From Terriglobia bacterium (lineage in GTDB: Bacteria; Acidobacteriota; Terriglobia; 20CM-2-55-15), in NCBI GenBank assembly GCA_965198225.1, contig CBDAOY010000007.1, forward strand, positions 256,001 through 320,000: a stretch of 64,000 nucleotides of DNA. Reading direction: 5' to 3'. Each line of letters opens with the position of its first letter. Position 1 is the stretch's first letter. A program made the translations under genes and the position numbers. Under the pieces are notes generated by a model that was given only the letters and a program-made list of their open reading frames with translations, was not told the origin of the DNA and did no database searches. This document shows, in pieces, positions 1 to 9,145 of this stretch.

Positions 1-446
1 AGGATGGCCGCACCGGCCGCGTCAACGTCGAGGTGGCCTCCGGACACTGCAGCGCTTCCGCCATCCGGCCAAGGCGAACGTCGGATTCGTGGTACACGCC
101 ACCGGATCCTCCCAGGCCCGGGTGCTTCGCGTATTGGGCACCGGCGGGGAGCATGGCTCTATTCGGGGGCCGACCCAGGGGGATCCGGCGGCTTTCGAAC
201 TGTACGGGACGGCAATGCAACCGTGGAAAATCAGCGCGGGTTTGACCGCCGCCGTTGCAGGTGTGACCGTCCTCGCTGCTGGTTCGCGTCTGGACTATCT
301 GGCGCCATTCTGGCGGGTCATCCTCGCCGACCATGGCCTGGTCATCGCCTTGCATCTGGGCCTGGTGCTGGCCGCAGTGGCGGCTACGCTCTACGCGTGC
401 GCCCGGGCCGCCGGGCTGGCCGACCTGGGGCGGAGGGTCGTTCTAG

Positions 447-2071
447 GAGCCTGTCGGGAATAGATTCACGGATCGGAAGAGCAGTCCGGACCTGAGATGG
501 CTGAAGAGATTGGTAGAAAGAGGCATTATGAAATGCTTTCTGATCGACGATCTGGACCAGGGCTTGTTGATGCCGCCGTCGTTACACGACTGGCTACCGG
601 AGAATCACCTGGCGCGATTCGTGGTGGATTTGGTGGACACGTTGGATCTTTCGGCATTCTACCGGTCCTACGAGGAGAAGGACGGGAGGGGGCAGGCGGC
701 GTACCATCCAGTGATGATGGTGCGGTTGTTGATTTATGGCTATTGCACCGGAGTGGTCAGCTCGCGGCAGATCGAGAAGCGGACGTACGAGGATGTGGCG
801 TTTCGGTACCTGAGTGCGGATTCCCATCCGGATCACAGCACGGTGAGCGAGTTTCGGAAGCGGCATTTGGGAGCACTGGCGGGACTGTTCCTGCAAGCGC
901 TGCAATTGTGCCAGAAGGCGGGGCTGGTGAAACTGGGGCATGTGGCGGTGGACGGGAGCAAGGTGCAGGGGAACGCAAGCAAACACAAGGCGATGAGTTA
1001 CGGTCGGATGTGTGAATCCGAGGAGAAGTTGAAGGCCGAAGTGGAAGAGTTGCTCCGGCAGGCCGAAGCGGCGGATGCGGCCGAGGATGAGAAGGAACGG
1101 CGAGGACAGGCCGACAAGTTACCCGACGAGTTGGCCCGGCGTGAAAGTCGGCTGAAGAAGATCCGGGAGGCGAAGGCGGCACTGGAAGCCGAAGCCCAGC
1201 AGAAGGCCGAGGAGACGAAGGCGGCCGCGGAAGCCCGAACCGCCGAACGGCTCCAGAAGGAGGCTGAGACAGGTCGGAAGACTCCGGGACGCCCACCGCA
1301 GGTTCCCGATCCCGAGCAGGCGGTGCCGGAACCAAAGGCGCAACGGAACTTCACGGACCCGGACAGCCGGATCATGCCCGACGGGGCGCACAAAGGCAGC
1401 TTCGTACAGGCCTACAATGCACAGATTGCCGTGGATAGCGAAGCACAGATCATCGTGGCCGCCAACATCACGCAGCAGAGCAACGACAAACAACAACTGG
1501 CACCGATGTTGGAACAGGTGAAGCAGAATACGGGAGCCTCCCCGGTGGCGTGCAGTGCCGATACCGGCTATTGGAGCCCGGAGCAAGTCGCCGACAAGCG
1601 GGTTGAAGGCATCGACCTGCACGTGGCGACAGGCAGGGATAAACATGGCGCATCGGCCGCACCCATCCAGGTATCGGATGAAGGTGACCTTCTGCAGCAA
1701 ATGAGACAGAAACTCCAAAGCGAGGCCGGCCGGGCGGTTTACAAGATGCGCAAGGCGATTGTGGAACCGGTATTCGGACAGATCAAGGAATGCCGGCACT
1801 TCCGCCGGTTCAGTCTCCGCGGACTGGAGAACGTGCAGGCAGAGTGGACGCTGGTGTGCCTGACACACAATCTATTGAAACTGTATCGCGCGGGACGGGG
1901 TGATACAGATGTCGGCAGCATGAATCAAGGTCCAGGGTTCTTGGAAAGCAGCTTCTACAGACAACATACAGGCTGTCTCCGCTCCATTTGGATTGTCTGT
2001 GACTCTTTTCGCCGCCTCTTCATCCAATACGCCGCCTTGCATCCTTCAATAACCTTATTGCCGACAGGCTC
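447..2071 (+). mobile_element. IS1182-family insertion sequence, complete
   Basis: Terminal IRs GAGCCTGTCGG(G/C)AATA; CTAG direct repeats at 443-446 and 2072-2075. Confidence 0.92.
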
Positions 2072-2075
2072 CTAG
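528..2075 (+). CDS. IS1182-family DDE transposase
   Basis: LMPPSLHDWLPENHLA, YHPVMM..LLIYGY, AVDGSK..NAS, NFTDPDSRIM, YNAQ, ADTGY, RKAIVEPVFGQIK motifs; alternative TTG start at 510. Confidence 0.93.
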   Translation: MKCFLIDDLDQGLLMPPSLHDWLPENHLARFVVDLVDTLDLSAFYRSYEEKDGRGQAAYHPVMMVRLLIYGYCTGVVSSRQIEKRTYEDVAFRYLSADSHPDHSTVSEFRKRHLGALAGLFLQALQLCQKAGLVKLGHVAVDGSKVQGNASKHKAMSYGRMCESEEKLKAEVEELLRQAEAADAAEDEKERRGQADKLPDELARRESRLKKIREAKAALEAEAQQKAEETKAAAEARTAERLQKEAETGRKTPGRPPQVPDPEQAVPEPKAQRNFTDPDSRIMPDGAHKGSFVQAYNAQIAVDSEAQIIVAANITQQSNDKQQLAPMLEQVKQNTGASPVACSADTGYWSPEQVADKRVEGIDLHVATGRDKHGASAAPIQVSDEGDLLQQMRQKLQSEAGRAVYKMRKAIVEPVFGQIKECRHFRRFSLRGLENVQAEWTLVCLTHNLLKLYRAGRGDTDVGSMNQGPGFLESSFYRQHTGCLRSIWIVCDSFRRLFIQYAALHPSITLLPTGS

Positions 2076-2274
2076 TGGAGCGCTCGATCCGCCGTGGCGA
2101 AGGCGATCCGGAACTCGCCGGGGCCCTCCGGCGGGGCGCCGAAGGTGATTGGGAATGACCTCCGCACCCGGAGTTCTGCATTTCTGGGGCTTTTCTTTGA
2201 AATCGATCGCAGCAAGCCGAGCAGGCTAAGTGGGAAATGGTTTTTGACGGATTTTCTTGATCTCTGAGACAGCA

Positions 2275-2499
2275 ATGAATCCTGAATCAACATTCTCCGA
2301 GAACAATACGGAAGAGGTCCTTGAAGCGCTTCTCACCGTCGAGGAAGTTTCAGCTTTGCTCAAGGTTCCCAAGTCGTGGGTCTATGGCAAGACAAGACGG
2401 CGAGGTTTGGAGCGTCTTCCTCATTTGAAATTGGGCAAGTATCTCCGTTTTGAAGAACATGACGTTAAAGCGTTTCTTCAGCGATGCAAATCCCGATGA
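2275..2499 (+). CDS. Excisionase / HTH_17 DNA-binding protein
   Basis: LLTVEEVSALLKVPKSWVY...LPHLKLGKYLRF; lies directly upstream of an integrase. Confidence 0.85.
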   Translation: MNPESTFSENNTEEVLEALLTVEEVSALLKVPKSWVYGKTRRRGLERLPHLKLGKYLRFEEHDVKAFLQRCKSR

Positions 2500-2573
2500 C
2501 GATGTCTGCAGCAACCGGTACAATAGCCGGCGAACTAGAGCAAGAAGAGCCAACGGGAGAAAGGAAAACTCGT

Positions 2574-3719
2574 ATGGCTCGAAAGAAGCGGCCGTATGGA
2601 AGCGGCTGTGTCATCTCCACAGCCAATGGATTGGCGATTCGCTGGCGGGAAACAATTGTCAAGGACGGCAGACGACACCGGGTTCTACGTTATGAAGCGC
2701 TCGGTAACGTTTCCAGGAAGGAAGCAGCCAAGAAACTTCGGGAGAAACTCCAGACAGCGGATATTCCCAGACAGGCGCCAATCACATTCGAAGAACTGGC
2801 ATCAGAGTGGGTGAAGAGCATCGTGCCCATGTACAAGTACTCGACGCGCAAGAGCCACCGGCACATTCTCAACAAGCATCTGTTGCCAATGTTCGGAACG
2901 CTCGAATTAACGAAGCTCACCCGGCAACGGGTCCAGGGCTTTATCGCTGAGTTGAACAGGTTCGGCTATGCGCCGCATTCAATCCACCACTATCACGAGG
3001 TATTGAGCGCGGTGCTGCGGACCGCGGTGTCTTGGAACCATATCAGCGAGAATCCCGCGCAGGGCGTTTCATTGCCGAAACTCAAGCCTAAACGTCCGAA
3101 GACAGTGTTGACGCCGAAGCAGGCAGCGGACTTGCTGCTTGTATTACCCCTCAAGACCAAGACGATGGTTGCGCTGGCGATTCTCTCCGGATTGCGGAGG
3201 GGGGAATTGCTGGCCCTGCGGTGGAAAGCAGTCGATGAATCCGCTGGCTCCATCATCGTGTCGGAAGCCGTCTATGACGGCCGTTTCGACAGCCCGAAGA
3301 CCAAAGCGGGAAAACGGGCCGTCCCTGTGCCGGAGCATATGCTGGACCTGCTGATGGAATGGAAGGCGAAGGCTCGCCGAACGGATCCCGAGGACCTGGT
3401 GTTTGGCACCAGGAATGGAACTCCGGTTTCATCGAACAACTTGATGCGACGGCAGATTCTGCCTGCCTGTGAAAAGCTTGGACTGCCGCGCTCCACATGG
3501 CTGACGTTCAGGCGTACGTATTCCTCGTGGTCGCATCAGAATGGAGTGCCCGACAAGGTGATCGCCGAGCTGATGGGGCATGCGAACGTCTACACGACCC
3601 TCAATGTCTACACACAAGTGATGGACGAGTCCAGGCGTGCGGCTGCCGGCCGGATCGGAAGGGAATTGTTCAGTATTGTTCAGTTTCGGGGAAAATCAGC
3701 CAAAAAACAGACAGCTTGA
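2574..3719 (+). CDS. Tyrosine recombinase / phage-type integrase
   Basis: SGLRRGELLALRW, PKTKAG, TFRRTY, LMGH, YT catalytic motifs; N-terminal arm-binding and SAM-like regions; RBS AAAGGA. Confidence 0.93.
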   Translation: MARKKRPYGSGCVISTANGLAIRWRETIVKDGRRHRVLRYEALGNVSRKEAAKKLREKLQTADIPRQAPITFEELASEWVKSIVPMYKYSTRKSHRHILNKHLLPMFGTLELTKLTRQRVQGFIAELNRFGYAPHSIHHYHEVLSAVLRTAVSWNHISENPAQGVSLPKLKPKRPKTVLTPKQAADLLLVLPLKTKTMVALAILSGLRRGELLALRWKAVDESAGSIIVSEAVYDGRFDSPKTKAGKRAVPVPEHMLDLLMEWKAKARRTDPEDLVFGTRNGTPVSSNNLMRRQILPACEKLGLPRSTWLTFRRTYSSWSHQNGVPDKVIAELMGHANVYTTLNVYTQVMDESRRAAAGRIGRELFSIVQFRGKSAKKQTA

Positions 3720-3762
3720 GAAATGGCTAAAATAATAAAATAGAAGCGGTTATCCCCTCTAA

Positions 3763-3835
3763 GGGATCGTAGCTCAGTTGGAAGAGCGCCTGCTTCACAC
3801 GCAGGAGGTCATCGGTTCGAGCCCGGTCGGTCCCA
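3763..3835 (+). tRNA. tRNA-Val(CAC)
   Basis: Acceptor stem GGGATCG/CGGTCCC, D-arm AGCTCAGTTGGAAGAGC, anticodon arm CCTGC-TTCACAC-GCAGG, T-loop GGTTCGAGCCC; followed by CTA, not CCA. Confidence 0.93.
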
Positions 3836-3927
3836 CTATTTAACTTCTGTGTTTTCAACACCGATCTACCGTTCCTCTCGCTACTGAAGACGGAAACGTA
3901 AAGAAACTGTCAGAAAACTCGCCCTAG

Positions 3928-4035
3928 GAGTCTGCGCGGCAGAAGAAACCCGGTACTACATGTCGATGCTAAGTGCTGCGCACACACACTATGCTGTGGT
4001 CACAATGACCCAAAATCGTTCTACCGCGCAGACTC
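3928..4035. mobile_element. 108-bp MITE derived from the IS1182 at 4599-5765
   Basis: IRs GAGTCTGCGCGG(C/T)AGAA; CTAG repeats at 3924-3927 and 4036-4039; left IR matches the IS end at 5748-5765. Confidence 0.88.
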
Positions 4036-4599
4036 CTAGCCAGCCAGCGCCGTAAAGGAAGTCGCGCTGTGCTCGTTCGCCTGCCGATCGAGCTTCGACA
4101 GCGCTTCCCGCATCATGTTCAGCTTCGCTTGGCTGTAGCGCTTAAACACTTGCGAATCGCCTTGCCGAAGCATCTGCGTCACGAAATGATCCGCCACGCC
4201 CCCGGCACTGAGCCGGGTCGCAAACGTGTGACGCAACTCATATAGCGAAAAATGGGGCAGCTCGGCGCGCTTGAGTGTCCGGTCCCACAGCTTGCGCACC
4301 GTCGTAATGTGCGGCTTGCTCGACCCCATCCGCGGGCTCGGGAACAGGTAGTCGGAATCGCCGCTCTGTTTCATCTGTGCGGCGAACGCTTCGCGGGCAC
4401 TGTCCGTCATCGGCATGTCCGCGATGCCATTCACCGTCTTTGAATCCGGCAGATGCACGATCCCGTTCTCCAGATCGACCTGTTCCTTGCGCATCGGGAT
4501 CAACTCGCGATAGGGCCGCAGCCCCATCTCCACCATGATCACGATGATGTTGCCAAGGTAAGCAGGCGCGGAGGCTACCAGTCGGGCCTGCTCCGACCA
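4036..4599 (-). pseudogene. Tyrosine integrase, C-terminal catalytic half only
   Basis: WSEQARL..APAYL..MGLRPYREL, SKT, YELRHTFATRL, KRYS; N-terminus replaced by IS1182 sequence. Confidence 0.85.
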
Positions 4600-5711
4600 A
4601 CAGCGGTGTCTTTGGGTGGGAGTGGGGCACGGGCGAGATCCTTCTCGCGACCCATCGCAACATACCCGTCAATCTGACGTTGTTCCAACATCCCCAGATT
4701 TGACTCGGATCGATATCCCGCATCGGCCAGCACGCGGTCGGGACGCTCCCCCAGATTGTCGCTCAACGCATCCAGCGTGGGTTCCAACTGCCCCACATCC
4801 GATGCATTGTCAGTCACCGTTGTTGCCACGATGATCCGGGCCTGGGAATCCACCACCGCTTGCGCGTTGTAGCATTGCTGGAACCCTTCGGTGGAGGTCT
4901 TCATCATCCGGCTTTCCGGGTCGGTGAAGTTGTCCTGGGCCGTGGGTTTAGGTTCCCCCATGGGACGTTTGAATGGCTTCTTTCCGCATCCGGGTTTGTG
5001 ATCTTTGGTGTTCCGTCCCGCTTCCTTGTCCGCGGCCATCTGACGTTCTTCGAGCCGCTTCATGGCCGCCTGTATCGTGGCCAGGCGCTTCTTGCGCGTG
5101 GCCAACCCGTCGGGCAGTTCGTCTCCGCGCCGGTCCTTGCCGTATCGCTCGTCTTCGTCCTCATCGGTCGCCTCGGCCCGGTTCAACAGATCCCGAATCT
5201 GTTCACCCAATTCGGTCTCCTGCTTTTTCATGCGTTCGTAGCTCATCGCTTTGCGTTTGCTTGCATTCGCCCGCATCTTGGTCCCGTCCACCGCCACGGT
5301 TCCCATCTTCACCAGTCCCGCTTCCCGCGCCATCATCACCACTTGCACAAACAGGTTTCCGAACTCCTCAAGATGCAGTTTGCGAAAATCCGAGATCGTT
5401 CGGTGCGCCGGAAAGTTCTCCGCTCCCAACATCCGGAACGCTACGTCGTCGGTCAACTTCGCCGCGATCTTCCTGGACGAGAACACTCCGGTCGCGTACC
5501 CATAAATCAGCACCTTCACCATCATCCGCGGATCAAACGCCTGATTGCCCGGACCCTCGGTTCCATACCGCTGTTCGAACGCGCTCAAATCCATCGCGTC
5601 CACCGCGTCCGATATGAAGTACGACAGGTGATCTTCGGCCAACCAATCTCTCAACGACGGTGGCATCAGCAGTGTTTGTTCTGGGCTATAAGTCCGATAG
5701 GTTCGTGCCAT
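4575..5711 (-). pseudogene. IS1182-family transposase, C-terminally truncated (left IR at 5748-5765, right end lost)
   Basis: Same motifs as 528-2075 up to ADAGY, but lacks the RK..VEPVFG segment; fuses into integrase sequence near 4599. Confidence 0.88.
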
Positions 5712-5765
5712 GACATATCTTCGATCTTTATCCGCCCAATTCCGGTCCTTCTGCCGCGCAGACTC

Positions 5766-6261
5766 CTATAGCGCGAAGAAAGATGAAGATATCGATCCCA
5801 TTCATCTCTGGAGGCCGAACGTTGCTGGCCTTCTCCCAGGGAAGTGGTGGTCCCGTATTCCTCCAGAAAACGGATTCTGTCAGATTCCAACTAATGTTTT
5901 TCACATTCTTCGGTCACGGGAAAGATTGACGGTCCCTCAGGGAGTTGCAGTATATGCACGAGCGACCGATGAAGAAATCGGAGAGATGCGTATCCACTAT
6001 GCCGGGTTCGTGCACCCTCACTTTGGCCTCGGGCGACCCGATAAACGCGGGGGTACTCCACTGATTTTCGAGGTCCGCTGCCACAACTTGGATGTCGTTC
6101 TTAGGCAGGGTGAGGTTTTGGCGCGCTTGCAGTTCTACCGAATGTCTCAGGGAGAGGATCTCAGTACGCGGGACAAGGAGAAGATCGAGAATTTACAGGA
6201 CGATCCTTACGCAACTCAAGAGTTAAATCTCTCAAAGATATTCTCCACCAAATGGAACTAA
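5766..6261 (+). pseudogene. dcd: dCTP deaminase (DCD / trimeric dUTPase fold), C-terminal part, 5' end lost at the IS1182
   Basis: FHILRSRERL.VP, EIGEMRIHYAGFVHPHFG, GTPLIFEVR, LRQGEVLARLQFYRM. Confidence 0.75.
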
Positions 6262-6336
6262 GTAGGGCAAGATGTCGGTCGAGGAGATTCGTTGAAAGTG
6301 GTGGGACCCGAGGACATAAATCGCAAGTGATTCGTT

Positions 6337-7500
6337 GTGATCATCGTGGATAAGCATAATAGTGGGATGATGGCTCATGACAGCAGGCCGTCGTTTCAGT
6401 TACTTCGCATACGTCCAGACGATGCTCAGGGGCGTACGGATACTATATCTGTGTTGACCCGTGAGCTTGCAAAGCATGAGGAACACTACCCCAATATTGA
6501 GCGTTGGATTGATAAAAAAGTGATCCCTGGGCTACGGACTGGGGAACGTGTCGCGTACATTGGATTTAAGGACGATCAGGCCATCCTTGTAGCTATTTTA
6601 AAGCTTGGACAACGCAGTAAGTTCTGTCACCTAAGTATCAAGGAAGGTTTTAGAGATGGGAGATACGGGACTCTTCTGTTTTCGTTAATGGCCACTGAAG
6701 TAAGAAAGGTAGCCTCCGAAATCCACTTCACGTTGCCGGAGAGCCTGTGGATACAGGAGAAGGAATTCTTCCAGTCTTTCGGCTTCATGAATGCAGAGCT
6801 TGCTCACCAGCAGTATCGACTTTTCGAAGACGAGCTACGATGCTCGGCTAGATTCAAGGACGTTTGGTCGAAAGTGATGGGTCATTTGCCTGCAGTGTTG
6901 AGTAGCGCATCAATTGGCGGCTTCGGGTCAAGCGAGGGTGTCGTGCTCTCAGTACACGAGAAGCATGCAAAGGCAATCATGGAGGGCCGCAAGAAGGTAG
7001 AAGTACGTCGGCGGTTCTCGGAGCGGTGGTGTGGTCGGAGGGCGGGTGTATACGCAACGGGGGGGCTAGGTGCTCTCGTGGGGGAAGTTACGATCTCGGA
7101 CGTCGTTCGAGGGAGCCCGAGCGAGCTTTGGGAGCAGTTCGGACCGGAGATGGGATGCTCCTATCGAAGCTTCTCTCAGTACGTGGGTGGGCGAGCAGAG
7201 ATCTTCGCTATCAAGCTTTCCGATGCGAAGCCTTACATTGCACCCGTGTCGCTGCCTCAACTCGGCCACATATTGGGAGAGCATCTTCTGTCACCACCAC
7301 AATCTTACTGCACCTACGGGGACAATGATAAATGGGCCCAGGCTCTGACGGTGGCGGCTCTCCTACATGGGGTCGGAGATCTTCGAAGCTATCGTGGATC
7401 CATGTCTGGACTGTCCAATGTACGGTACTCGCCAAAAACAGGCGAAAGGCAGAAAAAAAACGTCGCGGTGGATGTAAAGCAGTATTCGCTGGACCTTTAA
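6337..7500 (+). CDS. GNAT acetyltransferase-ASCH (PUA-like) fusion protein
   Basis: N-half YPNIERWIDKKV...KFCHLSIKEGFRDGRYGTLLF...FFQSFGF; C-half LSVHEKHAKAIMEGRKKVEVRR...VYAT...LVGEVTI...PPQSY; start may be ATG 6367/6370. Confidence 0.8.
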   Translation: MIIVDKHNSGMMAHDSRPSFQLLRIRPDDAQGRTDTISVLTRELAKHEEHYPNIERWIDKKVIPGLRTGERVAYIGFKDDQAILVAILKLGQRSKFCHLSIKEGFRDGRYGTLLFSLMATEVRKVASEIHFTLPESLWIQEKEFFQSFGFMNAELAHQQYRLFEDELRCSARFKDVWSKVMGHLPAVLSSASIGGFGSSEGVVLSVHEKHAKAIMEGRKKVEVRRRFSERWCGRRAGVYATGGLGALVGEVTISDVVRGSPSELWEQFGPEMGCSYRSFSQYVGGRAEIFAIKLSDAKPYIAPVSLPQLGHILGEHLLSPPQSYCTYGDNDKWAQALTVAALLHGVGDLRSYRGSMSGLSNVRYSPKTGERQKKNVAVDVKQYSLDL

Positions 7501-7624
7501 CCTGAGATGTCTATGTTGCGGAATCTCACGAAAGTAGCCACCCAGAGCAGTAGTGTCCCAGCAAGTGGTGTATGTGACCTTCCCCCGATCTTAGGTCCGA
7601 CTCCAGAGTGAGGAATTTGGGGGA

Positions 7625-8479
7625 TTATCCCCGCCGTTGTGGCTGGGAAAGTGGGAAACTCGAAGAGTTTTCCACTTTCCCAGGGCCCACCTCGCCCGCG
7701 GCTCGAAACTGCTCTGGCGTAAGAAACCCCAGTGAGCTGTGCGGTCGGACGGTGTTGTAGTGGACACGCCATGCCTCGATCGTGCGCCGGGCGTCGGCCA
7801 GATCGACGAACCAGTGTTCATTCAGACAGGCAGCCCGGAACTTGCCGTTGAAGCTTTCGACCAGCGCGTTCTGGATCGGCTTGCCCGGCTGAATGAACCG
7901 CAGGGTCGCACCGATCCGTTGAGACCACAGATGCATCGCCTTGCTGATGAACTCGGGTCCGTTGTCGGTGACGATGGATTCGGGGACGGAAGGTTCCAAC
8001 ACGAGTTGATCCAGTAGCCGGCTGACCCGTTCCCCGGTGATCGCGGTGTCCACAATCTGGCCGATGCACTCCCGGCAGTAGTCGTCCAGGATGTTCAGCA
8101 CTCGGAATCGGCGGCCCGTGGCCAGTTGATCCGACACGAAGTCCATCGACCAGCGCTGGTTCGGCCCCTCGGGCATCGGCAGCGGAACTCGATCCCGCGC
8201 CAACAGGCGTTTTCGCCTCTTTCGCCGCACTTGGAGCTTCTCTTCGCGGTAGATTCGATACGTCTTCTTCTCGTTCACAACCAAACCCTCGGCCTTCAAC
8301 ATCCCGTGCAGCAGCTCGTACCCGTAGCGTGGATACTCGGTCGCCAATTCCTTCAGACGTTCCCGAAGCGCGCTGTCGTCTCCGCGTTGAGACGGGTGAC
8401 GGGCCACCGATCGGTGGATTCCCATGAGTCGGCAGACCCGCCGCTGACTCAACATCCCGAGCCCGACCCGATGGTCCAC
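7625..8479 (-). CDS. IS3 OrfB (rve DDE integrase core)
   Basis: WSMDFVSD, LNILDDY, TDNGPEF, PGKPIQNALVESFNG, YNTVRPHSSLG. Confidence 0.93.
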   Translation of the reverse strand: MDHRVGLGMLSQRRVCRLMGIHRSVARHPSQRGDDSALRERLKELATEYPRYGYELLHGMLKAEGLVVNEKKTYRIYREEKLQVRRKRRKRLLARDRVPLPMPEGPNQRWSMDFVSDQLATGRRFRVLNILDDYCRECIGQIVDTAITGERVSRLLDQLVLEPSVPESIVTDNGPEFISKAMHLWSQRIGATLRFIQPGKPIQNALVESFNGKFRAACLNEHWFVDLADARRTIEAWRVHYNTVRPHSSLGFLTPEQFRAAGEVGPGKVENSSSFPLSQPQRRG

Positions 8480-8502
8480 GGCTCGGCGGCGTGCAACGGG
8501 CC

Positions 8503-8769
8503 TTACCAGTTTTTTGAGAGCACCTCCTTCAGAGCGGCGTTATCCAGGTGCGCATCGGCCAGCAACTGCTTCAGCTTCCGGTTCTCAGCCTCGAGTCCCG
8601 TCAGCTTCTTGGCCTCCGACACCTGCATCCCGCCGTACTTGGACCGCCATCGGTAAAAGCTGTGTTCCGAGATCCCGTGCTTCCGGCAGAGCTCCTGCCT
8701 CTTCGCCCCGGCTTCAGCCTCTTTCAGGATCCCTATGATCTGTTCTTCGGTGAATCGCTTCCGCTTCAT
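8503..8769 (-). CDS. IS3 OrfA (HTH), probable -1 frameshift into OrfB
   Basis: MKRKRFTEEQIIGILKE...WRSKYGGM; ends in the AAAAAAC TGG TAA slippery site. Confidence 0.92.
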   Translation of the reverse strand: MKRKRFTEEQIIGILKEAEAGAKRQELCRKHGISEHSFYRWRSKYGGMQVSEAKKLTGLEAENRKLKQLLADAHLDNAALKEVLSKNW

Positions 8770-8840
8770 GGTGAATCCTCCTTGCCCGTTTTACCGGAAA
8801 ACTCACTCTCGAAGTGGACCGTTTTATGGGGGGAAGGTCA

Positions 8841-9047
8841 CTTCGACATCAAGGTCGTGGCATACGCCACGCGCGAAACCGACGCCACGTCGGCACGGAT
8901 TTCGAAGTTGTCGAGATCGACCCGGCGGAATACGATGCTTATGCTCAGCGGTGCGGGAAGCACCGAGATGGAAACGGGCACTCCGGTATGAAGTCCCATG
9001 CCGGAGAATTCAATGGAATCGGCAAGCGTTCGTACTTCTGCAAACAC
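8841..9047 (-). pseudogene. lpxC: LpxC N-terminal fragment cut by IS3
   Basis: RTL..SIEFSGMGLHTG.PV.I.VLPAP...IVFRRVDL...ATTL is the LpxC N-terminus. Confidence 0.8.
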
Positions 9048-9145
9048 TTACAGTAATTCGCAGTCCGAACAAGCTATGGAATGAGTCACTTGAATCTATG
9101 CCGGTCGGCGGAGTCGTGTCTGGCAGTACACACTTCTGCTCACGC

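Larger units (their letters stand above)
215..2158 (+). pseudogene. Small membrane protein gene interrupted by IS1182 (5' part 215-446, 3' part 2076-2158)
   Basis: Removing 447-2075 rejoins an open frame ...GRRVVL|VERSIRRGEGDPELAGALRRGAEGDWE*; the 5' part has two hydrophobic segments. Confidence 0.7.
7575..8840 (-). mobile_element. IS3-family element
   Basis: TG...CA ends with IRs TGACCTTCCCCC; flanks ATG and CTT differ, so no target duplication. Confidence 0.92.

Noticed and set aside
5710-5765. Start of the 183-aa deaminase ORF
   Set aside because: These codons come from the IS1182 left end, not from the deaminase gene
8735-9145. N-terminal extension of the 720-aa ORF
   Set aside because: Overlaps the IS3 end and antisense lpxC; PolA homology starts at ATG 9146
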